Assembly (NCBI RefSeq): GCF_009914755.1
Contig: NC_060936.1
Strand: one strand, 5' to 3'
Length of the DNA stretch: 64,000 bases
DNA from: the human T2T-CHM13v2.0 reference genome, Homo sapiens
Part shown: positions 14,001-27,037 of the stretch, one piece after another
Layout: every line of letters starts with the position of its first letter
Position numbering within the stretch: the first letter of the stretch is position 1
Notes under the pieces: model-generated
The model's input: the letters and a program-made list of their open reading frames with translations, nothing else
What the model was told of the DNA's origin: nothing
Database searches by the model: none
Made by a program: the position numbers and the translations under genes

Positions 14001-15981
14001 ATCTTGCAAAGCTCTGGCTTGGCTGACTGGGCAGCAAGTTTGGGGCTGGAACAGGATAGCTCAGGGCTCAAGAGGAGGGCAGACGTGCCACTGGGGTACT
14101 TCATTCTCTGCTATTCCCTTCACAGCACACAGCTACTCCTTGGAGAGCAGGGTGAACACACGAAGAGCAGTTTTGTGAAGGGCACCTGTGATTAGCCTGC
14201 CCAGGGACATGGCCCACCAGGTCCACGTGGTCTTGACTGGGGTGGACAGAAAGCTCAGCATGTGGACAATTGCCCGAGTCCTCAGAGATTCTCTGGAAGC
14301 CACAGAGGGGAAAACAGCTTCTGAGTCACTGGTCTCCAGGCCAGGTCTGGAACCCAGCAGAGAATAGTTATTTCTCAGTTAAAGTGTCATAAAATTTCTT
14401 CATCCCCAGGTATTTCCCAACCAGGAAGGGGTCATAGGAGTGATACAACCAACTGGCCTGGAGCCCCATGATAGCGACCACTGTCCTCCATGGTTGTGCT
14501 GTGTATCTCCAGAGCCATATATCAGATACACATGCCAAGCCAGGTGTCTGCAAAAGAGGCAGAAATGCAGAGTCAAAGAAACGGGAGTGTCAGGCTCTTG
14601 GAACAAGGGTGAGATGTTTCTATATTTTACATCCCTTTAGGGTAGCATCAACCCAGGAAGTCTTCTTAGAAGAGTGGCCCTTCACTTAAGGATTGAGCAG
14701 AACGATATGTATGCCATGAGCAGTGCATGGTGCGGGTGGGATCCAGGGGATGGGGTGTGAGGGAGAAGCTCAATGATGGGAAAACAAAGAGGTGGTAGCA
14801 GGGAGGTCCAGGCTTAGGGCCATGTGGAGAGGGCTGTGTTCTCAGGGCTGCTGGCTCAGGGTGGAATCTGTGAGCAGAGATGTTGAGCATGTGTTCCAGG
14901 ATAAAAGAAGGAACATCAGAGTGCTTCTCTTTCAAAGTGGGGTCCCTAAACATGGATGAGACTTTCACTCCATTTGGCTGAATAGAAGGCGAGATCATCA
15001 CACCAGCCACAATATTCAAAGCTCTCCCCTAGACCAGGCCTGTAGTCTTTCCTGGACCATCCAGTTGGCTTCCTTTGCTCCCACCTCGCTGAAGTGGAGA
15101 GAACATTTCTCATTGCAAATCTCCTAGACCTGAAGGTCATTTTGAACTCAGTCCAGGTCCTGTTCTTCATGTGAACCTAAGCAGAAGTCTAAAGGCATCT
15201 TTGACCAGAATCAGGTTCCTCTGATCCTCCCCACTGCCCTCCAGTTCTTCCCACATTGATGGGGTTGACCAGCTGGCTTCATGTAAGCAATGAGTGCTAG
15301 TCATTGAGAGGGGACAGTCCTCCTGCTGCCTATCCCCACACCTGACAGCTGGGCAGACTAACTGGCACAATCAGGCCCTCCTCCCACATATAGTCTCTTG
15401 GAGAGACCCCATCGTGTCACTCTGGTTCCCCAGCCTGTTCACGGCACCCTCGAGGCTCTCAGACCTTGTTAGGACATTTGGATTTTCACCTTGGATTATA
15501 AATTCAAGAATATGCTATAAGTTTGGCTATTAGGGACTGCTCTCTTTGTATCTTTATAATCTTACCCAGATTTCTAAACAGTTTGCAAAAGACTTCTCTA
15601 ACACACCTTGGAAAGTCCCCCTCTGTGGTTGGGGAGGACAGGTCCTTTGAGAACCTTGAGTGCCTTGTTGATGCCACAAAATGTGTCACCTGAGACTCAG
15701 ACACAGGAGTCCCAGCTCTCTAGCCTGACCTCCATCTACTAGAGCTCAGATCTCCACTGAAAGAAGTAGAACCAAACTGAGAATGATGGCAAGTGTTTGG
15801 AGTATTCACAGGACCGCGAATCAAGAGATTATCATCTTGTTGCTTGAGCTCAGTCAGCAGATTCTTAAGCATAAAATCCAGTTTTCCTGTCTGCATGGGA
15901 GCAGACAAATCTCTCATTTCTTTAGGGAAGTGAGAGAGAGAGAAGTGTCCAGATAGGCAGGCAAAAGAGTAGAGAGATTCC

Positions 15982-16204
15982 TTCCCAATGTTCCTTTTAC
16001 CCTTCCTCGGCCTTTCTTGTTCATTTTCTCTAGAACTGTCCACAAGAAGCTAAGGCATATGGCCAAAATCTCGCGGCAACTTTTATCTTTGCTCATCAAG
16101 GGTCTCCTGCCAGACACCAGGCTCATGATTTTTGGACAACTGGTACCAACCAAACCAAATGATGAAATGTGGACCAGTCCTGGCAAAAGGCAGACTTTGT
16201 CCCC
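15982..16204. repeat. Copy 2 of the ancient local duplication (partner 13775-14000)
   Basis: Same colinear blocks; roughly 70-75% identity by eye. Confidence 0.85.
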
Positions 16205-17074
16205 TGCCTTGCTCATCGTCTCTGCTGATCTAGGAGTGCTGTCCAGCCTTGGAAGTGTGTCTTTGCCAACTACCCAGCATGAGCGATCTCAGCTCCACCC
16301 CCCCTTTTCTCCTCGCACCTTTCCACAACCCCTGGCCCTGTCAGGCATGCTGGGCAGTCGCAAGAGTTGCCAAATGGACTTGGCTTTGAGCCGCCAATAC
16401 CTCCTGATGCAGATGAGATGAAATTCTCAAAAGCACTGAACTCAGGAGAGAAACAAGGCTGCTATCCTTTCGTAGTTTCAGCATACCCCAAAGTGGGCTT
16501 ATTGAATTCTAACCTCACAAGATGTTTACAAAATAAACTCTATGTTAAACAACACTGGGTCCTCTACCCATGAATGACTCATTTAGCGACATAGGCAAAC
16601 CCAACCTAGTAGGCTTCTTCAGGTAGGATGTGTAAATGTTGATGACTAAGTTCCCTTGATAGTATTACTGGTGGGTACTGGGGATGGGCTGATGACTTCT
16701 GAGCAAGCCAAAATGAATTAGCAGTCTTGTGATGGCTGGGCCTAAGATAGTTTTCCAAAACTGCTGCTCTTCCATGCTTGTGGGAGCGGGATGGGGGAAA
16801 AGAGCAGCATAGATAAATAAGTTTGTGAATACTCAACCATCCAGATAATGTGACTGATAGATTTTTGGTCTATCAGTGCACTAGCTGTTGAAGGAGAGGA
16901 TCTGTTGGGCCTTTGGGTTAACACATTCCTGCTGAAAGTTCTAGTGAAGTCTGCAAAGCTTGAATAATGGCTAGAAAGACTGTAGGAAAAGAGAATCTTC
17001 TTACACTCTGTCTCCTTCTCAACTTCAGAGAGCATCAGTGAACTCATTTAAAAGGATAAGAATCAATTTTTTAA

Positions 17075-17390
17075 AAAACTACTGATACAGGCAACGAATA
17101 TGAGTTAATCTCAGAAACATTATATTAAAGAACAGGAACCAGACACACAAAGTACAGATGATATGATTTCTTTTATATGAAGTTTAAGAACAGACAAAAC
17201 TAATACACGGTGACAGAAATCGGAATAGTGGTTGTCTTTGAGGGACAGGGATTGTCTGGGAGGTGGCAGGAGGAAACTTTCTGGAGTGATGGAAAGTTCT
17301 TTATTTTGGTCTGGGTGGTAGTTACACAAGTGCATTGAGATGGGTACTTCAAATTTGCACATTTAAAAATATGTAGTTATACCTGGATAA
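17075..17390 (+). mobile_element. Old L1M 3' UTR fragment (L1MC/ME-like)
   Basis: aatctcagaaacattata..gacaaaactaat..ggtgacagaaatcggaatagtggttg..aactttctggagtgatggaaa..ggtggtagttacaca. Confidence 0.85.
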
Positions 17391-18957
17391 ATTACTGTTA
17401 CCATGAAAATGAAAAAAGAGGATGGGATCAGGAAATACAGTGGAAGGTCTGTTAGCCAATCTCCACTTGAAGCACAGTCCCCTCCTAATGCTTGGTGAGG
17501 GCTGCCATGTCCACTGTGTGCTCCAGCCTGGAGGGTGGGCTGCTTCTTCGACCCCTGCATACACTTGCTGCCTCCACCTAGGAGATATGTCTACCAAGAG
17601 CCAGTTGTGTTTGCTATCATGCATGTTTATGTGTTTGTGCTTGTTTTCAAGTTTAATTTAATTATATTTAAAACTACTTACATCAAATACATGTTTAAAG
17701 AGAATCAGTTTTGTAAAAGCCACGTTTAATGCTCTGGAATGTCTCAGTAAAGGTGAATTACTACAAAGAGTTATAGTCACTTAGATGTGGGACGGAAATA
17801 AAAGTAATAAAAATCAAAGTTTCTGGATTGAGATTCTTCAGCCATGTAAGTTCTTGCTCTACTTTAAAGAAACTGAAAGTGGAAACTGTCAAGGATGCAT
17901 TAAGAGTATGGTTTATGCAAAAAGCAAGAGAGATTGGAATACTCATCTTCAGATCCATATTTCCAGGCCTGTGGCCTTGGCCCTACATATAAAGTTTTAC
18001 AAGAAATACACATTTATGTTTTGAGTTAGAATAAAATATTTATCATAGTTGTGTTCTGTATTTATTGATTCTCCACTTGAGCCAGCCATCCAAGTTACCT
18101 ACCTAGCCACGGAGAAGAAATAAGGAGGCTTCTACTCCCACTAAGAAGTAGAGATTCAAGAAAATTGCAAAGGTACAACTTTCCTAAATGCCAGACATTC
18201 ATATATCCTCTGCACATTCAGAGAACAGGCTAATGAATCAATCACATGCATTAATCTATGTGAACAAGACCGCCCTGTAGCACTTCATAAATCTTATTTC
18301 TATTTAGTGTTTAAATGTGATGCCTACACATAGCTCAGCATGTTTGCACTGCATGTCTTGTATTGTTCCGTGTGATGCCCTGTCTGCCTCCTTCCTTGTG
18401 ATTCCAGTGTGCCGGGCATGGCAGGAGACAGGGATCAAGTGGAGGCATCTGGCACTCACTTAGTTCTTATCAGTGGGCAGCCTGCTTAGAAGTTGGGAGG
18501 GGCATACACTAGTGACACACATTTGTTATTTTGAAAAAAGGAATTTATTCCCATTGTACTATTAGTACTAATACTTGCTCCCAAGGCTTCTCAATGTTAT
18601 ATTTAAAATCTAGTTTAAGCTAACAAAGAACCACTATTCACATATTCATCATTCACAGTCCAAGTTAGAATTTTCCTGAAAACTAGAATTCTTTGTTGGG
18701 ATCAAGGGGATTAATCAGTACTAAGTATTATTAAGAGACATTATGCCTTACTCTCACGAGCTGGGGTGAATTGCAAAGGCTTCCACTGAGCCTACCTTCA
18801 TGGTGGGTGTGTCTTTTCCCCGTAGTGGCGAACCCTGAGGAGATATGTTAGCTAACGTACTCCTTCCTTGAGACAGAACCATATTCTACTCGGTACAAAT
18901 AGGCTAGCTGCAAGTGCTTTCCAGCAGTGGCCTCCTTTCTTTCTTTACTACCTTTGC

Positions 18958-19452
18958 TGTATTAACTGCATCTTTTATCTTTTGTATTCTGATGCATTGA
19001 CAACTGCGGCCTTGCTAACCCTGGAGAGACTGCCCCTCTCAGGGTTAGCCGATTCCTAGAGATAGTAAACAACTTGCCTGAGAATGCAAACCAAATGCAA
19101 ACCAGCCAATCCAGAGCCCACACCCAACCACCTCTTTTATCAGCCTTATACACCCTGAGCCACTATCCGCCTGCCTTAATCATCTCAGGGCCTGGCATAA
19201 GTCACCTAGGGACAGCCCCTATGCCTGAGGACTTGCTGAAGTTATTCAAACTATACAATCCTAAGTCTGCTTACCCTGTGCATTCTTTCCCACAGAAACC
19301 ACAATAAAGGCCCTTGTTCACAGTTCCTTCCCCTCCTCTGCCTCTGCCTCTTGGAACTGTGAGTAACAAAATCTTGCTTCAATGGCAATCATCTCCTGAT
19401 CTACTAGCCCTACTATGCCTCCAGTTTGCTATGAATACCATACTCCAGAACA
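18958..19452 (+). mobile_element. ERVL solo LTR, MER74-like
   Basis: TG...CA ends; gccttgctaaccctggagagactgcccctc, ctagagatagtaaac, atgcaaaccagccaatccagagccc and gaaaccacaataaagg match the recalled MER74 consensus. Confidence 0.8.
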
Positions 19453-19988
19453 CAGACCCATTGCCATAGTTCTCCTTCCCTGGCTCTGCCCACCCCCTTA
19501 AATCCTGTTGCTCACAATGCTAACAGCTCTAACCTCCTTGGCATCCACTCATTCCTATGTAAGTCTGTGCTATGTAAGTCTGTACTAAAGTGTCCATGTT
19601 ATCCCACCGGCCTCATTCATCAACAGGCTGCAGACAGGTCAGGCATCTGAGTCGAGAACTGTAAAAACGCACAGTTTTATTTTTGGTCAGATTTTGGTTT
19701 AGGACCAGAACTTTGGATGGAGTCTGTTGGGGGTGGAAACCAACCCTAGGTTGGCTATGGTAGGTGACTGTGAGCATCTAGCCAGTGTGGGAGCATCTGG
19801 GGAGCCGGGCAGAAGCATACACACAGCTCCCTCTGGCTGGTGGACACTGAGTTTGTGGTCATGCATTCTAGGTGGTAGAGGGCAAAAGGCTGGAAGGGAA
19901 GGTGCAAGAGGAAGAAAGACAAGAAAGAAACATTCAGCCTCACAGGACCAGTGGGTGGAAAGGCTGGTATTTGAGCAGAGATCCTACA

Positions 19989-19989
<1 letters not shown>

Positions 19990-20043
<54 letters not shown>
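19990..20043. repeat. (CA)n microsatellite, ~27 units
   Basis: Perfect dinucleotide run. Confidence 0.98.
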
Positions 20044-20045
<2 letters not shown>

Positions 20046-21033
20046 TGTTCTTTCTCTCTATCTCAAGGCCTGAGAAGGCAGATAAAATGCAAGAGACACT
20101 TTAAGGAAAGAAGCCACAAGAGGTGATGACTAGTCTTGGAAGCATAGGGAGGAGGTAGAATCAAAGCTGTTGCTCAGAGTGGCTGCGTGTGGGGAGAGGG
20201 CTGGGGAAGGGAGTGGATAAAGCACCAGGGGGGCCAACTGTAACTGGCAGAACCTGAGATGCTGCACAAGTGTCTTTGTTCAGGGAGTTTCCCAATCCTA
20301 GTCTTAGAGGAAGAAGTCAATTGATGTAGGCTAATGATGCCAGGAAAAAGGGAGTACAGTCTCTGCAGGGTTGCTGGGCCCCTGCTGGGAGGTAAAGCTG
20401 TTAGGCAAAGGGGCAGATTGGCTCTCTGTCAGAGGGTTTGTAATCCCCACCCCCACACACTGCCCCAGGAGACCTGGCTTTAGTGTCCTTTCTGCCAGCC
20501 GAGGAGACCCCCTCCCCTGTCTTTTGTTCTTGTCTTTTCCAACCTCTGTCAATGCATACCCTGTTCAGCAGAGCCACTTCCCTGCCCTGGCTCCCAGCTC
20601 CTCCTATTTTGGAAAACTGAACCAGCCTTGTTGAGGTTGCCTGAGGATATGGACCTTTCTTACCTCCTCCACAGGCTGCTACCCCTGTTCCTGGCCTATT
20701 CGTGTCATCATTAGAACAATGAGATCCATAGATGGGAGAGAAAACAGCCTGCTTGCCCTTGGTATGAAGGATGAGGCTGTTTCTCAGGCTGGATATTCAG
20801 TTGGGCATGTCATCCATGGATTTCTAAAGGACACTTAGGCATCTGAACAGTCAGTTAGGGGCTGAGTTATCAAATCATCTTTCTACAACCCAAAGATCTG
20901 GCCCTTTCCTCAGTTGGCTGTCCCCTTTTGCCTCTTCCAACTCAATGGAGCATCCCGGTGCCAAGCTCTTCCTCCTCTTTCCCTTCAACAGTGGGCTCTG
21001 GACATCCATGGGGGGCCTCAACCATGCCCACAC

Positions 21034-21141
21034 TCACAATTAAGCTACCGTGTGTGGCACTGGACACTGCCTATGCGCTGCCACGTGTCACAACTAAACT
21101 GCAGTGTGTGGCACTGGACACTGCCTGTGCCCTGCCATGTG
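21034..21141. repeat. Two-copy 54-bp tandem repeat
   Basis: 21034-21087 vs 21088-21141, 7 mismatches. Confidence 0.9.
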
Positions 21142-21610
21142 GCCCCCAGACCTGCATTATGCACCAGCCACTGCTGTGGCAACCAGCTTCCTGGAGATAT
21201 AACTGATGGGCCTTTATTCAGCTGCCGTGTGACATGGTTCCTGCCCCAAAGCTCACCAGCTCCATTACATGAGTGTCCTTCAAGATGGAGCCCAGTGGAG
21301 AAGAGAGCTGGCAGACAAATGCCCCCCTCTTTTGTTCCCCAGGTGGAACAAAAGTGGAACAAAGTCCCCAGTGGGCAACTTTGAAGTGAATGCTTTGTGG
21401 CTCCTCCAAAGGTCCTAGCAGAAAGGAGTCCTCCTTGTTCATAGCCATGCCCCCTGGCTTGATAACATGCCCTTGTTCTGGTGTACCCTCCTTTCCTGTT
21501 TCACTATCCCCAAGACCCCATTTCTGCTACTTGGGATTACTCCCCAAAATATATTACCTGCACACAAATCATTGCTTCTGGTGTCCGTTATTATGGCACC
21601 CATTTAGAAA
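21105..21610 (+). mobile_element. ERVL LTR16-family solo LTR (degenerate)
   Basis: 3' part cctttcctgtttcact..ttgggattactccccaaaatatattacctgcacacaaatc resembles the LTR16 end. Confidence 0.55.
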
Positions 21611-22023
21611 GGAGAACACTGGTATTTGGAGAAGTTTTATAAACACTCATAGAGCTGGATTTTGAACTGGAGTCTTCTCAGCAGCATGTCTGTCTTCTGT
21701 GCCACACTACGGTGAGGCTCTTTGCCACCCTCACAAGGGCATGAAGGATGCTTCTGCCTGGATTGTCCTGGTCAAAGAAGGACACTTCCATCTGGTCAAA
21801 TTTCCTTCCCTTGACCATGTTTTACAATGGCAACTGGGATATAAATAAAGGCTTCTAAAACATCTAGGGGACTTGAATGGAGGGGATCAGGGAAATGGAA
21901 ATAATTGGGAAATGCCAACATTGGTGGAGGGGCAGCTTTAGAAAACAGAAACCATGGCTGGATGTATGTGACAAATTCAGCAGTGCTTAACAGGGGGCTT
22001 CCAATACAGATTTGGAAGCTTAT

Positions 22024-22430
22024 TGTAGCAGACATTTCTTGTCTGTGTACACACTCCCAGCTTCTGGGTGATTTGCTACTAATGGTTTGCACCTGTGCCC
22101 TTCCTCAGAGACCCCTCCTTGGGCTCCTGGCAAGAGTTGGAAAGAGCTAGAAGTTTACAACTGTCTCCCACATCCTCCTCCTAGGGTGGCCGCCGCTCCC
22201 TTGCCTCCAGGGAACACAAATTCTGAATTATAATTTATGCTACAGAGATTTTTACAGCATTCCAATGAAGCTAGGGCTTCCCCTGAAATCACACCCTTGC
22301 TTGGCTTTCTGTCCTCTTCTGTCTTGCTTGACGTACTCTCTTAACAGTATCTCCTGGGAGCACTTCCTTAAGTCATTAGTACATGGATACTCCTGTCAGG
22401 GTTTGCTTCTGCAGAACCTGACCTAAAACA
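22024..22430 (+). mobile_element. ERVL LTR16C-like solo LTR
   Basis: Starts tgtagcagaca and ends gtttgcttctgcagaacctgacctaaaaca; internal cccttgcctc and ctcctgggagcacttcc. Confidence 0.75.
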
Positions 22431-22621
22431 GCAATCACTTTGCTAAGTGCCAAGGATGCAGTGACTTCAGAATGCTCATTGTCTGGCAGGGAAGAGGGAC
22501 AAGCAAACAAATAATTGTAGCAAGGCCTAATGCACACTGGGATGAAGGTACACATGGAATGCAAGAACACTAAGAGCTTTGAGCCTGTCTTCATGTAGCC
22601 CCAAATATTGGATCAGGAAGC

Positions 22622-22830
22622 AGGAGAATGGGCTTTGGAGTTAGAAAGGCCCGAGTTTCAATTCTGGTGTTGCCTCTTACAAGCTGGGCGCTCTTAGATA
22701 AGCTTGGCTTCTCTGGTCCTCCATTTCTTCATCTGTAAAATGGATATAATTCCTATCTCAATGAATTGTTATGAGGATGATCTCACTTATGGAATGTTAA
22801 GTTCTTGGCCTGGAACAAAGCTCATAATGA
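22622..22830 (+). mobile_element. MIR SINE
   Basis: gggctttggagttaga..tttcttcatctgtaaaatgg..gttatgaggat. Confidence 0.8.
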
Positions 22831-25800
22831 GGATCAATATTGGAAGCTCATTTTTTTGGGAATTGCAGCCTTCAGCATGATTTGGATGTATCAATGTAAT
22901 GTCACATAGGTCAATGGTATGTTCCTGCAGGCCTCCCACACACGAGCCGCAAGCATGATGTCATTCCATCTGTTCTCAGAACTACGAATTTACCAGAGGT
23001 CTTCCTTGGTGAGAGGGGTCTTCACACTCTTTTGTTTATTCCTTGCCTCCAAATCACTGGGGCCCACATCCCATTTACCCCTAGCTACCCTGTAAGCACT
23101 GTTCTTTCATTTGCTGATCCTGAATTTTCTTCTTTGCTTAAATTTTGTTTCTCTCTGTGAAAGAAAAATGTTATAAGCTGCCCCATATCTTTGCTGCCCC
23201 AGGCTCATGAAAAGCTAAATCCGGTCTTGGCTCTCCAAAAGAGAATAAATCCCAGCCTGCCCCCAAAGAAGTTGCTGTCATAATTACATCTCCTTTTGGA
23301 ATTAATTTTGACTTAATCGCATTACAACTAGATTGCACCATTTCCTTGGCCAAAGTTGGTTCCAAACTGGCTTTGCTATTTTCCTCCTGGTCCATAGATA
23401 CATCTCTCTTTTTTTTGGTTTGCAAGGAAAATAGCTGGTGGTTTCAAAGGAAGATCAAACAGGATGGCACTGATAACTTCTATGAGGTAACTGAGATGAC
23501 TGAGCTCTCCCCTGAAGATCCCCATTGGGGACACCATCCCTGCACCACTGAGGGCTTCTGGAGTGTACCAAGCTGTTCTCAGTCACTGCTTCTTAACTGA
23601 AAGTACAGGAAGCACCGAAGTGCATATTTTGGGCCCCATTTCTACTCTCTCCCTTTAGTTTCCTTTCTCCCCACCTTATCTTCGTCTCTCCTAGGCCACC
23701 AATACAGAATCTGTGAGGTTTTCCAGTTAGCCATGCCCATGGTGTTGGGTCTTAGCATAATCAAGTTTCTCCTCAGTGTTGAGCATCATACTAGGCAAAA
23801 TATGGAACATAAGGAGAGGGACAATATGGCCCCTTTGGCTCAGGACAACATGGCATCCATGCTACAGGGACTTTTTAAAAGGAAGAATGTAAGCTAGGAT
23901 AGTGGAGAAGGCTCCCAGAGAAAGTGGACTGACTTCTGGTTGGCTTTAAGAGAAGTGAGAGGAAAGGAAGGGATTCTAGACATAGGAAATGGCTTGAGGG
24001 AAGGCGTGGAGACATCCTCTTCCCATCACCCTTCTACATGAGGGAAGGTAGAGAACTAAGGTTGGATACATATGATAAGATTGGATTGCAGAGGGCTTTG
24101 AATGCCAAGGTGAGCTCTGAATCTGACTGTGATTTGGAAGTCCATTTGGGAGACACCTAGGATTTTATTAAGCAAGAATAGTTTTGTTTACTGATCCATT
24201 TTTCCTGGATTCCCATACCCTACCACTAGTGGACTGGGAAAGCTAGTGGAAGTTGGATGGTAAGATAGAAACTCTGAGAGGGCTTAGGTCTTCCCCTCCT
24301 AACAACTAGTGATTATTGAACAGGGAATAACTCAGATAAAAAGTGTTTAAACTGGCAAGAGCATGTAGAATGAAGAAGATTTTATTATTATTGGCTGACA
24401 TTCTCTGAAATGTTACAACAGGCCCAGTCATGCTTGATATCCTTCATGGGTCGGCAGATTAAGCCCCCTTTGGGGACCCTTCACTGCATAGTCATGCAAG
24501 TCTCCCCAGTCTTTCTAAGCATAAGCATTGACAAGGCAGGGCTTGTTCCATCTTCATCCTTTTCTCCTTCCTCAGCCTCATCCAGAGAGCTGACATCACT
24601 TTTCTCAGCAACAGACAATCTCCACCAACGAGAAAGTCATTTTTTGTGTCTGTCTTTAATTAATTCACTCATTAATAGAGATATATTGATGGTCCACATG
24701 TGTAGAGCAGTTGCCCCTTGTTCAGCTCACCCCACAGGACAGAGATTATTCCCAATCATCTCCCATGGGCAAAGAGTCCAGCCCTACCCTGTGAGGAAGG
24801 CATGAGAGGGAACTGCCCAGGTGGGTGCTAGAAGGGTTTGAAAGTGGTTATTAATGGAGGACAGAGCAGTGATCACATGGGAGAGGAACTAAATGTGCTG
24901 AGGCTGCTGAAATTGAAAACGCCTGTTAATAGCACAAGTGACACATCATAGATCACTCGCTGACAGGCTGAACTGGGCGCCATCTTGAAGAACGTAGGCT
25001 GCATGCTAATGACGCCCAGGAGGAGCTGCGCGCTGCATTGTGGAGGCACCTCTCCTGCCACTTGCTTGTGTAACACTGCAGAGATAGTGGCCCAGAATTC
25101 TTCACCAGTCCCAGAGCACTGGTAGAGAGTATGGAATTTGGAGAAAAAGGAACCTGTATTTGCACTCCCTTTCATCCACTTTATATCAGTGAGATCTGGA
25201 ATTGCAATCAAATGAGAAAATGAATGAAAGTGAATCTCAAAGTGCTCAGAAACAGGGAATGGAGCAGAATTGCTATGAAAATTTCCACCTGCCTCAGACC
25301 ACAAAAATCAATTTTAGACATAAGTTACGAACACAGTAGCAAATGGAGTTTCTTTGGCTTCCATCCTTTGATGCCTCTTGCTTCTCTTTTCAAGAAACAT
25401 ATGTCTGGGGGATGGGAGGGTTCTTTTTAGTGCCTTTCTGCTTTGTAGAAGAACAATCATTTGAGCAATCGTTGGGGCCAAGGACTAGCTAAGACATTCG
25501 AGAAATGTGGTTTTGACTATTCGTCGCCCTTATTTTCCCACTCTCTTTGATGGTTCCCAAAGGCTCTTCCCCAGGCTCTGGCTTCTATATCCACGCGGCA
25601 GGAGGGCCTTGCTCTCCTAGTGCACTGTCATCTTACAAAGGATCAAGGAGTGTCGTCATGTGCTCCCCTAAGACGGCCAAAGCCTGAATCTGAAAGTTGA
25701 AGCTTAAGGAGAAATTCCAGCCATGCATTAAAAGAAATATCAAAGAGGGGCTAGAGCCTTGCTAGCCCCATTGAGAACACCTTGCAGGCAACCCCCAACT

Positions 25801-27037
25801 TCTCTGTGTGAGACCTCTTGCAAGGCCCTTTGACTTCCTACAGCCTTCTAATGGTAATAGCAATAACCACAATGATAATAACAATAACTACATATCATCG
25901 TATCAGGCACTTTAGGCATGCTGTGATTGATATTTTAAAATGAGAAAACCAAAGAGGCCCAGTAAGTCTTCTCAAGGCCACCCAGGGCTGGGCGAGTGTC
26001 AAAGCTGGGATTCAAGCCAGACCCAGCCCAGTCTCCTTCCTTTCCCCACAATGCTACCCTGGCCTCACCCTCTGCCACAGCCTTCCGGGGGTTCCAGGGC
26101 ACCTGCTGCCCAGCCCTTCCTGGATCTTTGTCTTCCCCAAGCTGGAAGTGTGAGTAGAGCCAGTGCCAGGTCTCAGGGGAAACTTAGCAGGAAGCTCATT
26201 TGGAAGAAGCTAAAAACAGCCTCCTCAGCCGCCCAGAGACAAGACCTAAATGAGATTAAGCTGGTGCTTAAGACTCTCTCCTTTCAGGCCCCCACCCCTT
26301 CCAGTCAGTCCTCTGGAAAACTCTGTCTCTGACGGCTGGCCTTTCTGCTTTCCTAAAGAGATGGGTGCGAAGTGCTGACTCAAGACATGGAGTTTTATGC
26401 ATGCAAAGGCCTGGGGCTTAGATTCAAGGATGGCCTACAAGTGGATGAAAAAGGGGCCTCATGAGCGATTTTGTGAGCAGTTGAGTAAAGGAATGAAGGA
26501 AGGAATGAGCAAATAGATCCATTTGTAATTCTGACTTCCCAGACACAGTGGTGGGCTATGTGCTTGTCTTGGTCAGCTTGGGCTGCTGTAACAAAATACT
26601 GTAGATTGAATACCTTATAAACAAAAGACATCTATTTCTTACAGTTCTGGAAACTGGGAAGTCCCTGATCAAGGTACCGGCAGATTTGGTGTCTGGTAAG
26701 GGCCTGTTTCCTAGTTCCTAAAAGGCTGTCTTCTCACTGTCCTCACGTGGCAGGAGGGGCAACGGAGCTCTCTGGGGCCTCTTTGATGAGGGCACTAATC
26801 TCATCATGAGGATTCCCCTCATGTAATAATCAACTCCGAATGCAATCGTAATGGGTCTGTTGCCTGATGTGCATGGCAAGTCAACAAACCAAGACACTAG
26901 GTTGCAGCAGAGAAAGAGGTTTAATCACAGGGAGGGATGAAGAGATGGGAGAAGACCTCAAATCTTTCTCCCAAGGAATTTAGAGCTAGGATTTTAAGGA
27001 TTTTGGAGTGGGCCAAAGTACAAAGACAGTTGATGGG

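Noticed and set aside
13767-16421. Similar peptides from the two duplicated copies (e.g. LVSGKRHLMSK vs LVSGRRPLMSK) as a paralogous gene pair
   Set aside because: Similarity appears in frames on both strands and the alignment has frame-breaking indels, so it reflects DNA identity rather than coding constraint
20221-20240. gcaccaggggggcc as a CTCF site
   Set aside because: Register and 5' bases deviate from the core consensus; insufficient without ChIP data
21034-21141. Repeated units as a CRISPR-like array
   Set aside because: Only two adjacent copies with no unique spacers, in a eukaryotic context
24873-25304. 143-aa - strand ORF over the YY1 element
   Set aside because: No known domain and no clear splice boundaries; the CpG/motif pattern fits a non-coding element better
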